In this document: positions 8,471 through 17,665 of the stretch, piece by piece
Layout: the number at the start of each line of letters is the position of its first letter
How positions within the stretch are numbered: position 1 is the stretch's first letter
Virus record (IMG/VR): IMGVR_UViG_3300012924_000012
Span: 1-54,110 of that record
Reading direction: 5' to 3' (one strand)
DNA length: 54,110 nt
Source of the DNA: a virus
Lineage: Duplodnaviria; Caudoviricetes
Translations under genes and position numbers: made by a program
The notes under the pieces: model-generated
What the model was told of the DNA's origin: nothing
Seen by the model: the letters and a program-made list of their open reading frames with translations, nothing else
The model's database searches: none

Positions 8471-9173
8471 CCTCCTTAGAAATTTTCAGCGCATCCCGCG
8501 CAAATTGGACTTGTATTAATGTTAATTTTTTATCACCTTCTTTTTGTTGCTGTAAAATCCTTCTAGCCCATTCTTTCCCATCAATGATTTTGGGCTTTAC
8601 TCCACTGACAAATTTCAATTCTTCAAGCATCTTGGTAGCCTGCTCCCTCGATAATTTGTCTTTCCCCGGCGCTGGTAGTGCGAACATGGGTGCCGGGATT
8701 TCATCCCATGAATTTTTAGCAAGTTCGGCGGCTAATGCGGATTCCCAACGCTGCCGGATTTGCGAATACGTCTGATTTTTGAGTTCAAACGCAGAAACGC
8801 GCACAGATGCCCAAAAAATCGCCGGATGACTCCATGTACCAACCTCCCCTTGTTCGCGGCTCCTAGACCCCTCCAGAGCCTCGTAATAGGCTGTTAGCGG
8901 GTTCACCTCTGGCCTACATCCCTTCAAAAACTCAGGTTGGCTTGGTGGACGGTCAAAATTGTTCATTTTGGCAACGCCTCGTCGCCATTCCAACTCGGTC
9001 AAGCCGTACAACGCTTTTCCCCAATCGCGTTTTAGCTTGTCCGGGTCTACCACCGACCACTTATCGGCAAACTGCTTGCCCCACTTTGACAACATTTGGT
9101 CGAACAGCCATTCAACGAGCTTTTGCGGTAAAGCATTCTTTGGCCATGGTTCAGATGTCGATAACGTCATCAT
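8457..9173 (-). CDS. Replication protein (P-like helicase-loader position)
   Basis: WGKQFADKW, PPSQPEFLKGCRP, WSHPAIFWA; directly after initiator. Confidence 0.6.
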   Translation of the reverse strand: MMTLSTSEPWPKNALPQKLVEWLFDQMLSKWGKQFADKWSVVDPDKLKRDWGKALYGLTELEWRRGVAKMNNFDRPPSQPEFLKGCRPEVNPLTAYYEALEGSRSREQGEVGTWSHPAIFWASVRVSAFELKNQTYSQIRQRWESALAAELAKNSWDEIPAPMFALPAPGKDKLSREQATKMLEELKFVSGVKPKIIDGKEWARRILQQQKEGDKKLTLIQVQFARDALKISKEDDYD

Positions 9174-9957
9174 CGCCTCCCCTGCCTGTCAACCTGTTCA
9201 CGAAGTCCTGGCTTCCGTTGCGCTTTGCCGTCCAGTCGTTCATGAAATGCTTGTCCGGCCCTAAAAACGTTGCTGCTTGCTTGATGTATTGCGGTTCAAC
9301 ATTCATTGTTTCGCAATATCTTCGATATCGATCTGCTCCCCTAAGCATGTCTTCAATCGCAACATCAGTATTTAGCCTTGCATCCCAAGCCTTTTGTGCC
9401 TGGGTCTTGTTCGCCCCTGGCCTTTTGGGGTACAGGTTCCAGAATTTTTCAAAATCGGCGTCAGCCGTAATTTTTCGGGTTGGCGCTTTTTCAGTAATCA
9501 GGAATCTGGAATCAGGAATCAGTAAATCAGGAATCAATGAATCAGAGCGTTTTACCACCGGTATTTCACCGTGTTCTAACGGTGTTTTAACCGTTAAAAT
9601 TTTATCACCCTTACGAATCAAGGACTTATCAGAGCATGCCGGTAAAATGCTTGCTTTTTCGGTATGGTGTGGCTTCTGATGTTTCAAAAAATTAATTACT
9701 TGGATCAGTTCAAAATCTTGTTCTTTATACCTTTTTATAAAACCCATTCGTTGTAATTCATATAACATTATATCAACTTCGTTGTCATTCCTATAAGGAA
9801 ATGTCTCAACTTTTATACGAAGTGGCCTATCTTCTAACCGTCCTTCACGGTCTGCAAGGCACCAAAGAGACATAAATAAGATCGTCAAAAGCGGGTCTGC
9901 CTCCCCAAGAATTTCATTCATGAAAAGGCTTGGTTTGATATTCCTAGCGCGTGGCAT
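9151..9957 (-). CDS. Phage replication initiator (O-like)
   Basis: MPRARNIKP, LADREGRLEDRP N-domain; FEKFWNLYPK...ATFL C-domain; internal iterons. Confidence 0.8.
   Translation of the reverse strand: MPRARNIKPSLFMNEILGEADPLLTILFMSLWCLADREGRLEDRPLRIKVETFPYRNDNEVDIMLYELQRMGFIKRYKEQDFELIQVINFLKHQKPHHTEKASILPACSDKSLIRKGDKILTVKTPLEHGEIPVVKRSDSLIPDLLIPDSRFLITEKAPTRKITADADFEKFWNLYPKRPGANKTQAQKAWDARLNTDVAIEDMLRGADRYRRYCETMNVEPQYIKQAATFLGPDKHFMNDWTAKRNGSQDFVNRLTGRGGDDDVIDI
9555..9610. repeat. Probable replication origin iterons
   Basis: CCACCGG, TCACCGT, TAACGGT, TAACCGT at 9555, 9566, 9577, 9588 (11-bp period) next to an AT-rich tract inside the initiator gene. Confidence 0.6.
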
Positions 9958-10278
9958 TTATTTCAATCTTTCTTTATCAACAACTAAATACCCTTGCTCA
10001 ATCAGTGCGATCAATGTTAAGGCGATGTGTTCATACTCGAATGCATAACGCTCTAGCTTGGTCATGTGCGAACCCTGATCAAGTTCGGCATGACAGCCTG
10101 GCATCCCGAAATCCGCATGACACAGCGCCATGATGGCGGCATCACTACCCTTTAAACCTCTTCCTTTGCCAAAACGCAATTGATTGCTATGGGCGGCCTG
10201 AGTCCTGCCAGCTATTTCGCAGTGAACACAATTCAAGCGGCGAACAGCAGCAAGTAATAAATCATTTCGATAAATCAT
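9958..10278 (-). CDS. DUF968/DUF1364-like zinc-binding HNH-type protein
   Basis: CVHC, QAAHSN, GKGRGLKG, LC...CH. Confidence 0.7.
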   Translation of the reverse strand: MIYRNDLLLAAVRRLNCVHCEIAGRTQAAHSNQLRFGKGRGLKGSDAAIMALCHADFGMPGCHAELDQGSHMTKLERYAFEYEHIALTLIALIEQGYLVVDKERLK

Positions 10279-10290
10279 TGATAGACGGCT

Positions 10291-10470
10291 TTACGCCGCT
10301 TTGGGCATTCTCAAATAGCAACGATCACAGATCAAAGGATCGTATTTGAATTGACCGGTTGAGCGCCGAGACTTGCACGGGCCTTTACAGGTGCGCTGAG
10401 AGAAATTCAACGGTTTGACCACTTGGCTACGAAAATTAGCCTGTTGCGTTGGATTAAGAGATATTTTCAT
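10291..10470 (-). CDS. Small Cys-rich protein (59 aa, not in ORF track)
   Basis: CKGPC...CDRC. Confidence 0.5.
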   Translation of the reverse strand: MKISLNPTQQANFRSQVVKPLNFSQRTCKGPCKSRRSTGQFKYDPLICDRCYLRMPKAA

Positions 10471-10505
10471 GACTCAACCTTATTGGCCACAGCGTTTTCT
10501 CCAAA

Positions 10506-10769
10506 CTAAATTATTGTTCTGGTACTCCGATTTTGTAAAACAATTACTACGCAATTAGTAGTCGTAAGGCGCTCGCCAAAATGCGCCGGATTCAGTTCAT
10601 AGCGGTCGATCTGACCTGCGAAATTTTTCTCTATGGCGAGACAGTGCTTAGGGAGGATATTCCCATTTTTTATTTGCTTACCCAGTGCTTGAGGCGAAAT
10701 ACCTAAAACCCTTGCGAGCGCGCTTTGTGATCCTGCAATTTTTATTGCTTTGTCGATTCCGTTTTGCAT
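10506..10769 (-). CDS. cro: Cro/YdaS-like HTH repressor
   Basis: IDKAIKIAGSQSALARVLGISPQAL...RYELNP; first gene of replication operon. Confidence 0.8.
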   Translation of the reverse strand: MQNGIDKAIKIAGSQSALARVLGISPQALGKQIKNGNILPKHCLAIEKNFAGQIDRYELNPAHFGERLTTTNCVVIVLQNRSTRTII

Positions 10770-10779
10770 AGAAAATATA

Positions 10780-11070
10780 CTAAACTTCAAATTTAAAAAC
10801 TTCAAGGTAAAGTTGAGAAAATTTTATCTTCACAAAGATTATGTTGAAAATTCACAATCATGTTGTATAAATGATGAATACCTAGATTGACTTAGGCTTA
10901 CTTCATTCTACTTATGCAAGCATTTACCGTTTCCTTCCATCCTTGAAACGATACCAATTTTCTTTTCAACTTTATCTTGAAAACTAGAATTTTCAAGTTT
11001 ATATTTACCTTTCCCAATTGCGTATTCGATCATTTTTAAAACGTGATTAAGAGTTCAAAACGGAAAGGAA
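10780..11070. promoter_or_regulatory. Divergent early control region with operators
   Basis: AT-rich; TTCAAGGTAAAGTTGA (10801) and inverted near-copy TCAACTTTATCTTGAA (about 10966); ATGCAAGCAT at 10914. Confidence 0.6.
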
Positions 11071-11076
11071 AATAGC

Positions 11077-11244
11077 TTGAAAATCAATCCTCCAAATCCT
11101 GTTTATCATATTCTTAGCCCTGATTGGGTTTATGTAAACTCTGCGAATACTGATATTCGGGTAACGTTTAACCGTCAACGTCAGAAAATCGCATCGGCTA
11201 CACAATCCACTACGAACAAAATTAAGGAGCTTCGGGCCAAATGA
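11077..11244 (+). CDS. Small conserved phage protein (55 aa, not in ORF track)
   Basis: AAGGA RBS, TTG start, ILSPDWVYVNSANTDIRVTF; ATGA-coupled to recT. Confidence 0.55.
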   Translation: MKINPPNPVYHILSPDWVYVNSANTDIRVTFNRQRQKIASATQSTTNKIKELRAK

Positions 11245-12008
11245 ATGACCTTGTTACGAGCAGCAATCTATATCCAACTTCCTTAAAAGAAATGCTGGAA
11301 TTTTCAAAGGAAATTGCTCAATCAACAATGATTCCAAAAGACTACATTGGCAACCCTGGAAACGTACTTGTAGCTATGCAATGGGGGATGGAAATTGGTT
11401 TGAAACCTTTACAAGGGTTGCAAAGTATTGCCGTCATCAATGGCCGACCTACGATATGGGGTGATGCTGCCCTAGCGCTGGTTCGTGCATCACCAGTATG
11501 CGAATACGTGGAAGAAGGCGATAGCGACGCTACACATGGCGTATGCAGGGTTAAACGCCGTGGTGAAGCTGAACACACCCAAATCTTCACAGTCGATGAC
11601 GCAAAGAAGGCTGGCCTTTGGGGCAAGGCTGGTCCCTGGACGAATTATCCGCCCCGCATGTTAGTGATGCGCGCCCGGTCCTGGGCATTGCGTGACAAAT
11701 TTACGGATGTTCTGCGCGGTCTTTCCATCGCAGAAGAGATACGTGACATTGAGCCGATTGACATCACACCACGCCCACAACGGGAAAACGCGGTCGCTAT
11801 CGCTACACAAGCAAATTCGGTTGACGATACGGAAGAACGTTTGCATCTGATTGCCGATCTTGACGCCGTGGCCGATAACGGTACTGCGATCCTGCGGGAG
11901 ACCTGGGAAAGTTTGACACCAGAACAGCGAAAATTACATGGTGGCCTTTCGGAAAGTACAAAAGAGCGTGCGGCTAAAGCCGATGCTTTTATGAAAGTCG
12001 ATAGTTAA
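11241..12008 (+). CDS. recT: RecT/Bet-like single-strand annealing protein
   Basis: GMEIGLKPLQGLQSIAVINGRP, WTNYPPRML, RDKFTDVLRG; next to exonuclease. Confidence 0.8.
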   Translation: MNDLVTSSNLYPTSLKEMLEFSKEIAQSTMIPKDYIGNPGNVLVAMQWGMEIGLKPLQGLQSIAVINGRPTIWGDAALALVRASPVCEYVEEGDSDATHGVCRVKRRGEAEHTQIFTVDDAKKAGLWGKAGPWTNYPPRMLVMRARSWALRDKFTDVLRGLSIAEEIRDIEPIDITPRPQRENAVAIATQANSVDDTEERLHLIADLDAVADNGTAILRETWESLTPEQRKLHGGLSESTKERAAKADAFMKVDS

Positions 12009-12010
12009 TC

Positions 12011-12646
12011 ATGGCTGAACAAGGCACCGATGAATGGCATCTTGATCGGAGCGGATGCGCTACCGCATCGGGCTTTGCTGACATCATTGCAGTTAGTAAA
12101 AAAGACGGTTCCCCTCTCAAGGCGCGTAATGATTATTTATGGAGGTTGGCAACAGAACGGGTTTATGGAAGTCCAACAGAATCTATCAATGCCAAATCTA
12201 TGGAATGGGGAAAAGACTTAGAACCGTTCGCACGCCGGGCATATGAAATTGAAAAAGGGGCAATCGTTGACGAAACAGGTTTCATTCCACATCCGACTAT
12301 TGAGTTTTGCGGCGGGTCGCCAGATGGTCTAGTAGGGATCGATGGAGGGATAGAAATCAAGTGTCCGAAAGATAGACGGATACATATGCAAACATGGCGT
12401 TATGGGATGCCTGTTGAACATATAGCGCAGGTGCAGGGAAATATCTGGATCAACGGATTGAAGTGGATAGATTTTATTTCTTATGATCCACGGGCACCTG
12501 AACAATTCAGATTATACGTTCAACGTATCCACCGTGACGATAAATACATCCTAGCCCTTGAAAGTCATGTTATAGAATTCTTGGGACAAGTTAAAAACCT
12601 TGTGGAGCAAATCAATGAAAACCAAAATAGAAATTTACAAAAATGA
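12011..12646 (+). CDS. YqaJ / lambda-exonuclease family
   Basis: QGTDEW, TAS, WGKDLEP, GSPDGL, IEIKCP, QVQG. Confidence 0.92.
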   Translation: MAEQGTDEWHLDRSGCATASGFADIIAVSKKDGSPLKARNDYLWRLATERVYGSPTESINAKSMEWGKDLEPFARRAYEIEKGAIVDETGFIPHPTIEFCGGSPDGLVGIDGGIEIKCPKDRRIHMQTWRYGMPVEHIAQVQGNIWINGLKWIDFISYDPRAPEQFRLYVQRIHRDDKYILALESHVIEFLGQVKNLVEQINENQNRNLQK

Positions 12647-12902
12647 TATCGAGCCGCTTGTTGATATCATCAATGAAGTATGTTCTAAAAATAATTTACC
12701 TATGCTGATTGCTATCTGCCTTGAACGGAAAGACTTAGGACAGGGAAATATGGAAATGTTGATTGCCGGTTCTAGCTTTCTAACTGAATCTGTCAAACCT
12801 CCTCAACCGATGCTTGCCGCTGCATCGATCCTTGGCATCCCTGGCTTTGAGAATATTCTTATTCCAAACTATGAGATTGTTGAAAATGTTGCGGTGCATT
12901 GA
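12615..12902 (+). CDS. Hypothetical protein
   Basis: GGAG RBS; overlaps exonuclease 3' end. Confidence 0.6.
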   Translation: MKTKIEIYKNDIEPLVDIINEVCSKNNLPMLIAICLERKDLGQGNMEMLIAGSSFLTESVKPPQPMLAAASILGIPGFENILIPNYEIVENVAVH

Positions 12903-13234
12903 TGGTCATTTCTGATGAACAGGTACAAGAGGCATTTGATAGGCTGCGCTTCGGTGGTAAGAAAGCAGCCGAAGCAAAGGCAAATCGTATCTATATGACA
13001 GAGTATCGTAAGGTAATGAAGTCTGAAGGTATGAGAAAGTATATAAACCTGCCTTTAGCAGCACAGGAAAGGGAAGCATATTCAAGCCATGAATATAAAC
13101 AACATCTTCTGGCCTTGAAGGCAGCGATTGAAGAAGATGAATTAATGACATGGCAGATGGTAAGAGCTAGAGCAGTCATAGAAGCATGGAGAACGGCATC
13201 GGCGAATCAACGTGGGGAATCCAAAATTGGGTAA
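12899..13234 (+). CDS. Conserved helical phage protein in recombination cluster
   Basis: AQEREAY...IEAWRTASANQR. Confidence 0.65.
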   Translation: MMVISDEQVQEAFDRLRFGGKKAAEAKANRIYMTEYRKVMKSEGMRKYINLPLAAQEREAYSSHEYKQHLLALKAAIEEDELMTWQMVRARAVIEAWRTASANQRGESKIG

Positions 13235-13237
13235 AAA

Positions 13238-13462
13238 ATGAAGACCGAATTTATGTTACTAGCAATTTATGAAAAGCCTATTTTGAACTTTCAAGAGACA
13301 TGTAAGGCAATGGGTATATCGACTCAAAGCGGCTATAACATGCGAGCGCAAAATATTTTTCCTATCCCACTCATGGAAGGACCATTAAGAGCCAGTGTGC
13401 AAGACATCGCAACCTACATTGATCAACAACGGGAACAAGCTAAAAAAAGGGAGAAAGAATGA
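13238..13462 (+). CDS. PrtN/AlpA-like winged-helix protein (candidate excisionase)
   Basis: MKTEFMLLAIYE, FPIP, DIATYIDQQR. Confidence 0.7.
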   Translation: MKTEFMLLAIYEKPILNFQETCKAMGISTQSGYNMRAQNIFPIPLMEGPLRASVQDIATYIDQQREQAKKREKE

Positions 13463-13713
13463 ACATTATCAAGGACTCATGGGAAGAGTTTGTAAAATCC
13501 GGTATGCCAAAAAATTCGTCAACTACATACATTGACGATATGCGCTGTGCATTTTATGCAGGGGCCGCAAATCTGTTTGCAACGCTCTTTGTGCGCGTAG
13601 AAGACCCGACAGTCACTAATGAGCAAGGAGCGGATTTTCTAGCAGGGATACAACAAGAGATTTCCGACTATCTTCTTGGTATCCTAGACGGCCATGGAAA
13701 GCCAAATATTTAG
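13459..13713 (+). CDS. Hypothetical protein
   Basis: MRCAFYAGA motif; GGGAG RBS. Confidence 0.65.
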   Translation: MNIIKDSWEEFVKSGMPKNSSTTYIDDMRCAFYAGAANLFATLFVRVEDPTVTNEQGADFLAGIQQEISDYLLGILDGHGKPNI

Positions 13714-13772
13714 GCAGAATAATCGTCTGAACCCTTCACCGTAAAATTTCCTTGTTAATGCTGAATTTATCA

Positions 13773-13820
13773 TTGACAAGGACTTTCTTTTTTAGTAATT
13801 TATCGATGCAAGTATGCATC
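13773..13820 (+). promoter_or_regulatory. Promoter with ATGCAAG operator
   Basis: TTGACA-N17-TAATTT; ATGCAAGTAT at 13806. Confidence 0.65.
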
Positions 13821-13847
13821 TCTTAGGTATGACCCTGTTACAGCCAT

Positions 13848-15464
13848 ATGGAGACCTTCATGTTAGATCATAAAATACAACATATGAACAAATTTTCTTC
13901 TACCAATTGGCAGGCTTCAGAGTGGGACGCGATAGCAGCAGAACTCAATAAACGATACCCGCTGAAACAATTTAACCTTTTTTCCTATGATGGATTTACG
14001 TTAGATGAATTTGAAGAGGCAATGGAGACCGTAATTTTACAAGGACGGCATAAGTCCTTTAACTCATTTTCCGATGTTCGCAGGCCACTTTTTGAAGCGT
14101 TTCAGCGCCTATACAAACCGTCCGCATCAGTCAAATCTATCAAGGTAGTAGAAGGCACTGTACATGCTGATGGTAAGATCGTTTGGAGTCCTGAAGAATG
14201 GGAAGTAGTAACCTTAGAATTTCATCGCCAGTATCCTAACGTTTTCAATGAACGATGCGTAAATATTCGTCTTAATCAGATTAGAGGGGCAGTCGAAATT
14301 CTCCCTGTACATCGTAGGCGTTATTTCAGTCAAATCGAGATTTTCAGACGTATGGTATTGCTGACCTGGGATGCACTTCCAGACGATATCAAGAAGGCTT
14401 GGAAACTTGAGCGATCCGTGGTTGAGTTTCCTAGCGGCCCTATCGTTGAACCACCTTCCAAGAAGTCAGATGAAACAAGCTCTATGGCTATGGCTATGCA
14501 TGGCGCTTTCAAACAACCGACAGAGAATAAACAGAAGAAAAGAAAAGTTTACTGGAAGCCTGAAGAATGGATTGCTGTAGCTAGAGAAATGCACCGTCAA
14601 AATCCGCATGCAAATTTCATAGAATCGCATTTCTTTACTATCGATCTTCCAGCTATTCGTGCTGCACAACGTGAAGTTCTCCCCCTTGAGCGCCGTAAGC
14701 TCTTAGCCGGTAGTGCTGATTTACGTGAACCATTAGTAGAAGCCTTTAAGATTTTGAAATTAGAAATTTTGACAGAGAAATTTTCGGATTCTCAAATACC
14801 TGTTTCCGTACCTCCTGCTATGCCTGTTCCGGCCCCTGATAAAGTCATTGAGTCCATACCATTGCCCACAGCAATGTTACCCGCTGTCTCGGAGCCTGCA
14901 AGCGTCAATTTTATGGCTCGGTTCGCAGAAGCTGCTAAACCACTTATCAGCCTGGTAGCAGAGGGTCTAGCATCTGAACTGATGCGCCTGATGATGCCAG
15001 AATTTACTAAGTTGGTTGCAAGTGTTGCAAACCAACCGGCAAAGCCATCAGAACAGCCTGTAGCACCTCCTACGCATGAACCTATGGCACAGCCCAACCA
15101 TGTGTTTTCAATGCCTTCAGCGCCCGTAGAAGCGGCTCCTGTAGTACGTCAACCAATCATCAAACCGCCAGAAGTTCCCAGGAAGCCGAAAATCGTTGTT
15201 CTTGGCCCACTCGGTAAGCAAAAGGAGGAAATCGAACGGGCATTTCCTGACTATCGCTTTGCCTTCATAGAACATGGTCATGGCGTCAAAGAGGCTGGCG
15301 AAAGTTGCGTGCTGTTCATCGCTGTAGTAACGCATACAAATTCGTCCATGAAGCAATCGATAAAATCTCATGTTCCAAGCGAAAAAGTAAGGTATGTGAA
15401 CGGTGGAACATCCGCCGTAAAACGTCAGATTTCCGCCTGGATAGCATCGATAGCTCAATCATGA
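13848..15464 (+). CDS. Multi-domain protein: three W-x3-EW repeats, Pro-rich linker, DUF2325-like C-terminus
   Basis: WQASEW, WSPEEW, WKPEEW repeats; KIVVLG...VNGGTSAVK. Confidence 0.7.
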   Translation: METFMLDHKIQHMNKFSSTNWQASEWDAIAAELNKRYPLKQFNLFSYDGFTLDEFEEAMETVILQGRHKSFNSFSDVRRPLFEAFQRLYKPSASVKSIKVVEGTVHADGKIVWSPEEWEVVTLEFHRQYPNVFNERCVNIRLNQIRGAVEILPVHRRRYFSQIEIFRRMVLLTWDALPDDIKKAWKLERSVVEFPSGPIVEPPSKKSDETSSMAMAMHGAFKQPTENKQKKRKVYWKPEEWIAVAREMHRQNPHANFIESHFFTIDLPAIRAAQREVLPLERRKLLAGSADLREPLVEAFKILKLEILTEKFSDSQIPVSVPPAMPVPAPDKVIESIPLPTAMLPAVSEPASVNFMARFAEAAKPLISLVAEGLASELMRLMMPEFTKLVASVANQPAKPSEQPVAPPTHEPMAQPNHVFSMPSAPVEAAPVVRQPIIKPPEVPRKPKIVVLGPLGKQKEEIERAFPDYRFAFIEHGHGVKEAGESCVLFIAVVTHTNSSMKQSIKSHVPSEKVRYVNGGTSAVKRQISAWIASIAQS

Positions 15465-15643
15465 TCAAAGGTAGGGTATTGATCGAAATTTCGGTATTTT
15501 TAGGTTTAGGATTTTTAATGAATATTTGGTTCTATTTTTTTGATTGTGGACCATGGATCAACCTAGCTTTAAGCTTCGCCTGGGGCGCGTTTGTAATGCC
15601 TGATCTTTTCGTCGGAATCATGAGTTGGATAGATAGGAGATGA
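15461..15643 (+). CDS. Small two-TM membrane protein
   Basis: ATGA overlap; two hydrophobic segments. Confidence 0.5.
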   Translation: MIKGRVLIEISVFLGLGFLMNIWFYFFDCGPWINLALSFAWGAFVMPDLFVGIMSWIDRR

Positions 15644-15644
15644 C

Positions 15645-15827
15645 ATGCATATATCAGAACAAAAGAAGGATAATTTCTATGAAATTATTCTTAAATCTGT
15701 TTACGTTTTAGTCGAACTAGACCCACCTATTAATACGCCTGAATTCTTGTTGTTGGAAGGGTTGAGTAAAGTAATGGAAGAGTACGAAAAATCTGTCTTT
15801 AAAATTGGAGAAAAATACAATGGATAA
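15645..15827 (+). CDS. Small protein resembling the HigA antitoxin N-terminal domain
   Basis: DPPINTPEFLLLEGLSKVMEEYEK; no HTH. Confidence 0.55.
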   Translation: MHISEQKKDNFYEIILKSVYVLVELDPPINTPEFLLLEGLSKVMEEYEKSVFKIGEKYNG

Positions 15828-16104
15828 AAAAAGTATCGAGGAAATTTGTAAAGAATGTTCATGCCTTGATCTAAAGTTTTTCTCAAACGGTGGTGATGCA
15901 GCAATCATGCCTTTAATGTTCACACATGCAATTGTTTCTGGATTTACGCCATGGGGATATAAAGACCGCTGGTGTTATGGGTCTTATGAAGAGGCAAGAG
16001 CAGCCTTAGATGCTTGGGACGGTGTTGGAGAACCTGATGGATGGCATAGGCATCCAGCGACCGGGAGACGTAGGAAAAATGGAAAGGAAGAGGTCTACTT
16101 ATGA
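15820..16104 (+). CDS. Conserved phage hypothetical protein
   Basis: GYKDRWCY, WDGVGEPDGWHRHP. Confidence 0.7.
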   Translation: MDKKSIEEICKECSCLDLKFFSNGGDAAIMPLMFTHAIVSGFTPWGYKDRWCYGSYEEARAALDAWDGVGEPDGWHRHPATGRRRKNGKEEVYL

Positions 16105-16637
16105 ATGATGAAAAAAAACAAAAATTCCCGTTTGAGAATGTTTATCGACATTTCGCTGATGAAATTTTAAAGGATGGCTTAGGAAAGGAAGGCTTAGAAC
16201 CATTCATGGCTATTGTGAAGACAGATTGGAATGCTATAGAAGATATACAATTCATACCAAATATTTTAACAAATAAATTTTTTTCATCATCGCTAGGGAA
16301 AGATTTTCTCGGTGATCTTATAAGGAAAGTTATCAAGGAGATTGGAACTAATCCGTTCTGCCTTGTAATAGTTAGTGAAGCCTATTTTAAGGAAATGAAG
16401 AAGCCGTCTGAAGAGGCGATAAAACACCTTGAAAAAGCAAGCTTACAATATGACGTAGAAGCAAAAGAATGCATCATGATTTCAATCTATGGTCCTGGTG
16501 AACAACGTATGGGTATCCTGAAGATTGGTTCTGATCGGTCGCTTACTGATGATGGTCTACTCCCGCTAGGAGATATTACCGGTCGCATGACAAATAATCC
16601 AGATTCTATAAGTGAAATGATGAAGAAGGGACATTGA
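16101..16637 (+). CDS. Hypothetical protein (paralog of 16639-17172)
   Basis: FFSSSLGKD, FCLVIVSEAY. Confidence 0.7.
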   Translation: MNDEKKQKFPFENVYRHFADEILKDGLGKEGLEPFMAIVKTDWNAIEDIQFIPNILTNKFFSSSLGKDFLGDLIRKVIKEIGTNPFCLVIVSEAYFKEMKKPSEEAIKHLEKASLQYDVEAKECIMISIYGPGEQRMGILKIGSDRSLTDDGLLPLGDITGRMTNNPDSISEMMKKGH

Positions 16638-16638
16638 T

Positions 16639-17172
16639 ATGGAATTCTCTTTTCAAGCTGTTTATGACCTTTTTTCTGATAAATTAGTTGGGAATAAAAT
16701 ACCTTCTATACCATATGGTCCTCTCTTGATACGAATCTTTTTTGATGACAATAAAACACCAAGATTCTTAGAGCTAAATCCTGAATTGGTTTTACCTTTC
16801 TTTCTTTCTCAAGGTGGAAAGGATCGTTTGAGAGATTTCATAGATGAATCTCTAAAACGTGACACAGAAAATTGCCTTGAGCATGAAGGATTGGATTTTT
16901 GTATTGTCCTGATAAATGAAGGCCACATCAAGGAATTCCCGGATGACTTCAAGAACATAGAGAGTATGAAATCTATGGGTCTGATTCATGATCCTGAAGC
17001 AAAAAATGTCATCATCATTGCTATCCATCACTCAAGTGGGAAACGAGTTGGGTTCTTGTACATCGACAAGGATAGGCATGTAACGTACGGCCCGCTAAGA
17101 CCGCCAGAAGACGCTTTGCTTGATACCCATCTCAGTGCTGACCAGAGGGGCGAAAATGACCGAATCCACTAA
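16639..17172 (+). CDS. Hypothetical protein (paralog of 16101-16637)
   Basis: FFLSQGGKD, FCIVLINEGH. Confidence 0.7.
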   Translation: MEFSFQAVYDLFSDKLVGNKIPSIPYGPLLIRIFFDDNKTPRFLELNPELVLPFFLSQGGKDRLRDFIDESLKRDTENCLEHEGLDFCIVLINEGHIKEFPDDFKNIESMKSMGLIHDPEAKNVIIIAIHHSSGKRVGFLYIDKDRHVTYGPLRPPEDALLDTHLSADQRGENDRIH

Positions 17173-17398
17173 GCCACAAGCAAGAGCGACGTTTGAGTCT
17201 GATCTTATGCAGGCAATGCTATGCCTGGGCATCGTAAGCGGCTCTCTGACGCGGCCAGAGCTACTAGCAGAGGTTAGCGTAGTGACGCGGCGCAATCCGC
17301 TTACACGCGCCCGCATAGAGCTTTTGCGCGACCAACTTACCTCGATTCTTGACACTTGCGACGCATCGCTGCTGCCTGTCGTATCACCTCCAGCCTAG
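17156..17398 (+). CDS. Hypothetical protein
   Basis: GAGGGG RBS. Confidence 0.5.
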   Translation: MTESTKPQARATFESDLMQAMLCLGIVSGSLTRPELLAEVSVVTRRNPLTRARIELLRDQLTSILDTCDASLLPVVSPPA

Positions 17399-17413
17399 AC
17401 TCTTCTTGCACCT

Positions 17414-17639
17414 TGCTACGTAGCACTGCTACAATAGTGCTACGGAAACGCAAAAAAGCCAGTAAACAAGCCATAACTGTGACAACCCTTCATTTTACTT
17501 TACTTCTTTTCCGGGTTGTTGTAACTTATTGAAATTGATGATTTTCCCTATAAAATCAATAGCTTATTGCGGTTTCAAAATTACCTATGATTACCTCGTT
17601 TTACCCACTTTTCACAGAAAAGTGCTACGAGATTGCTAC
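17414..17639. other. attP-like region
   Basis: TGCTAC arm-type repeats at 17414, 17427, 17438 and 17623, 17634; IHF-consensus AATCAATAGCTTA; directly upstream of integrase; core not identifiable. Confidence 0.65.
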
Positions 17640-17665
17640 AAGACCGGAAAAAAGGAGCAAGAAAA

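Noticed and set aside
9496-9546. GGAATCA-like 7-bp repeats as a separate element
   Set aside because: They encode the low-complexity SLIPDLLIPDS linker common in phage initiators; the adjacent 11-bp-period array fits iterons better
17560-17620. Naming the att core or host target gene
   Set aside because: No recognisable tRNA 3' end or dusA-type core; needs a host genome comparison
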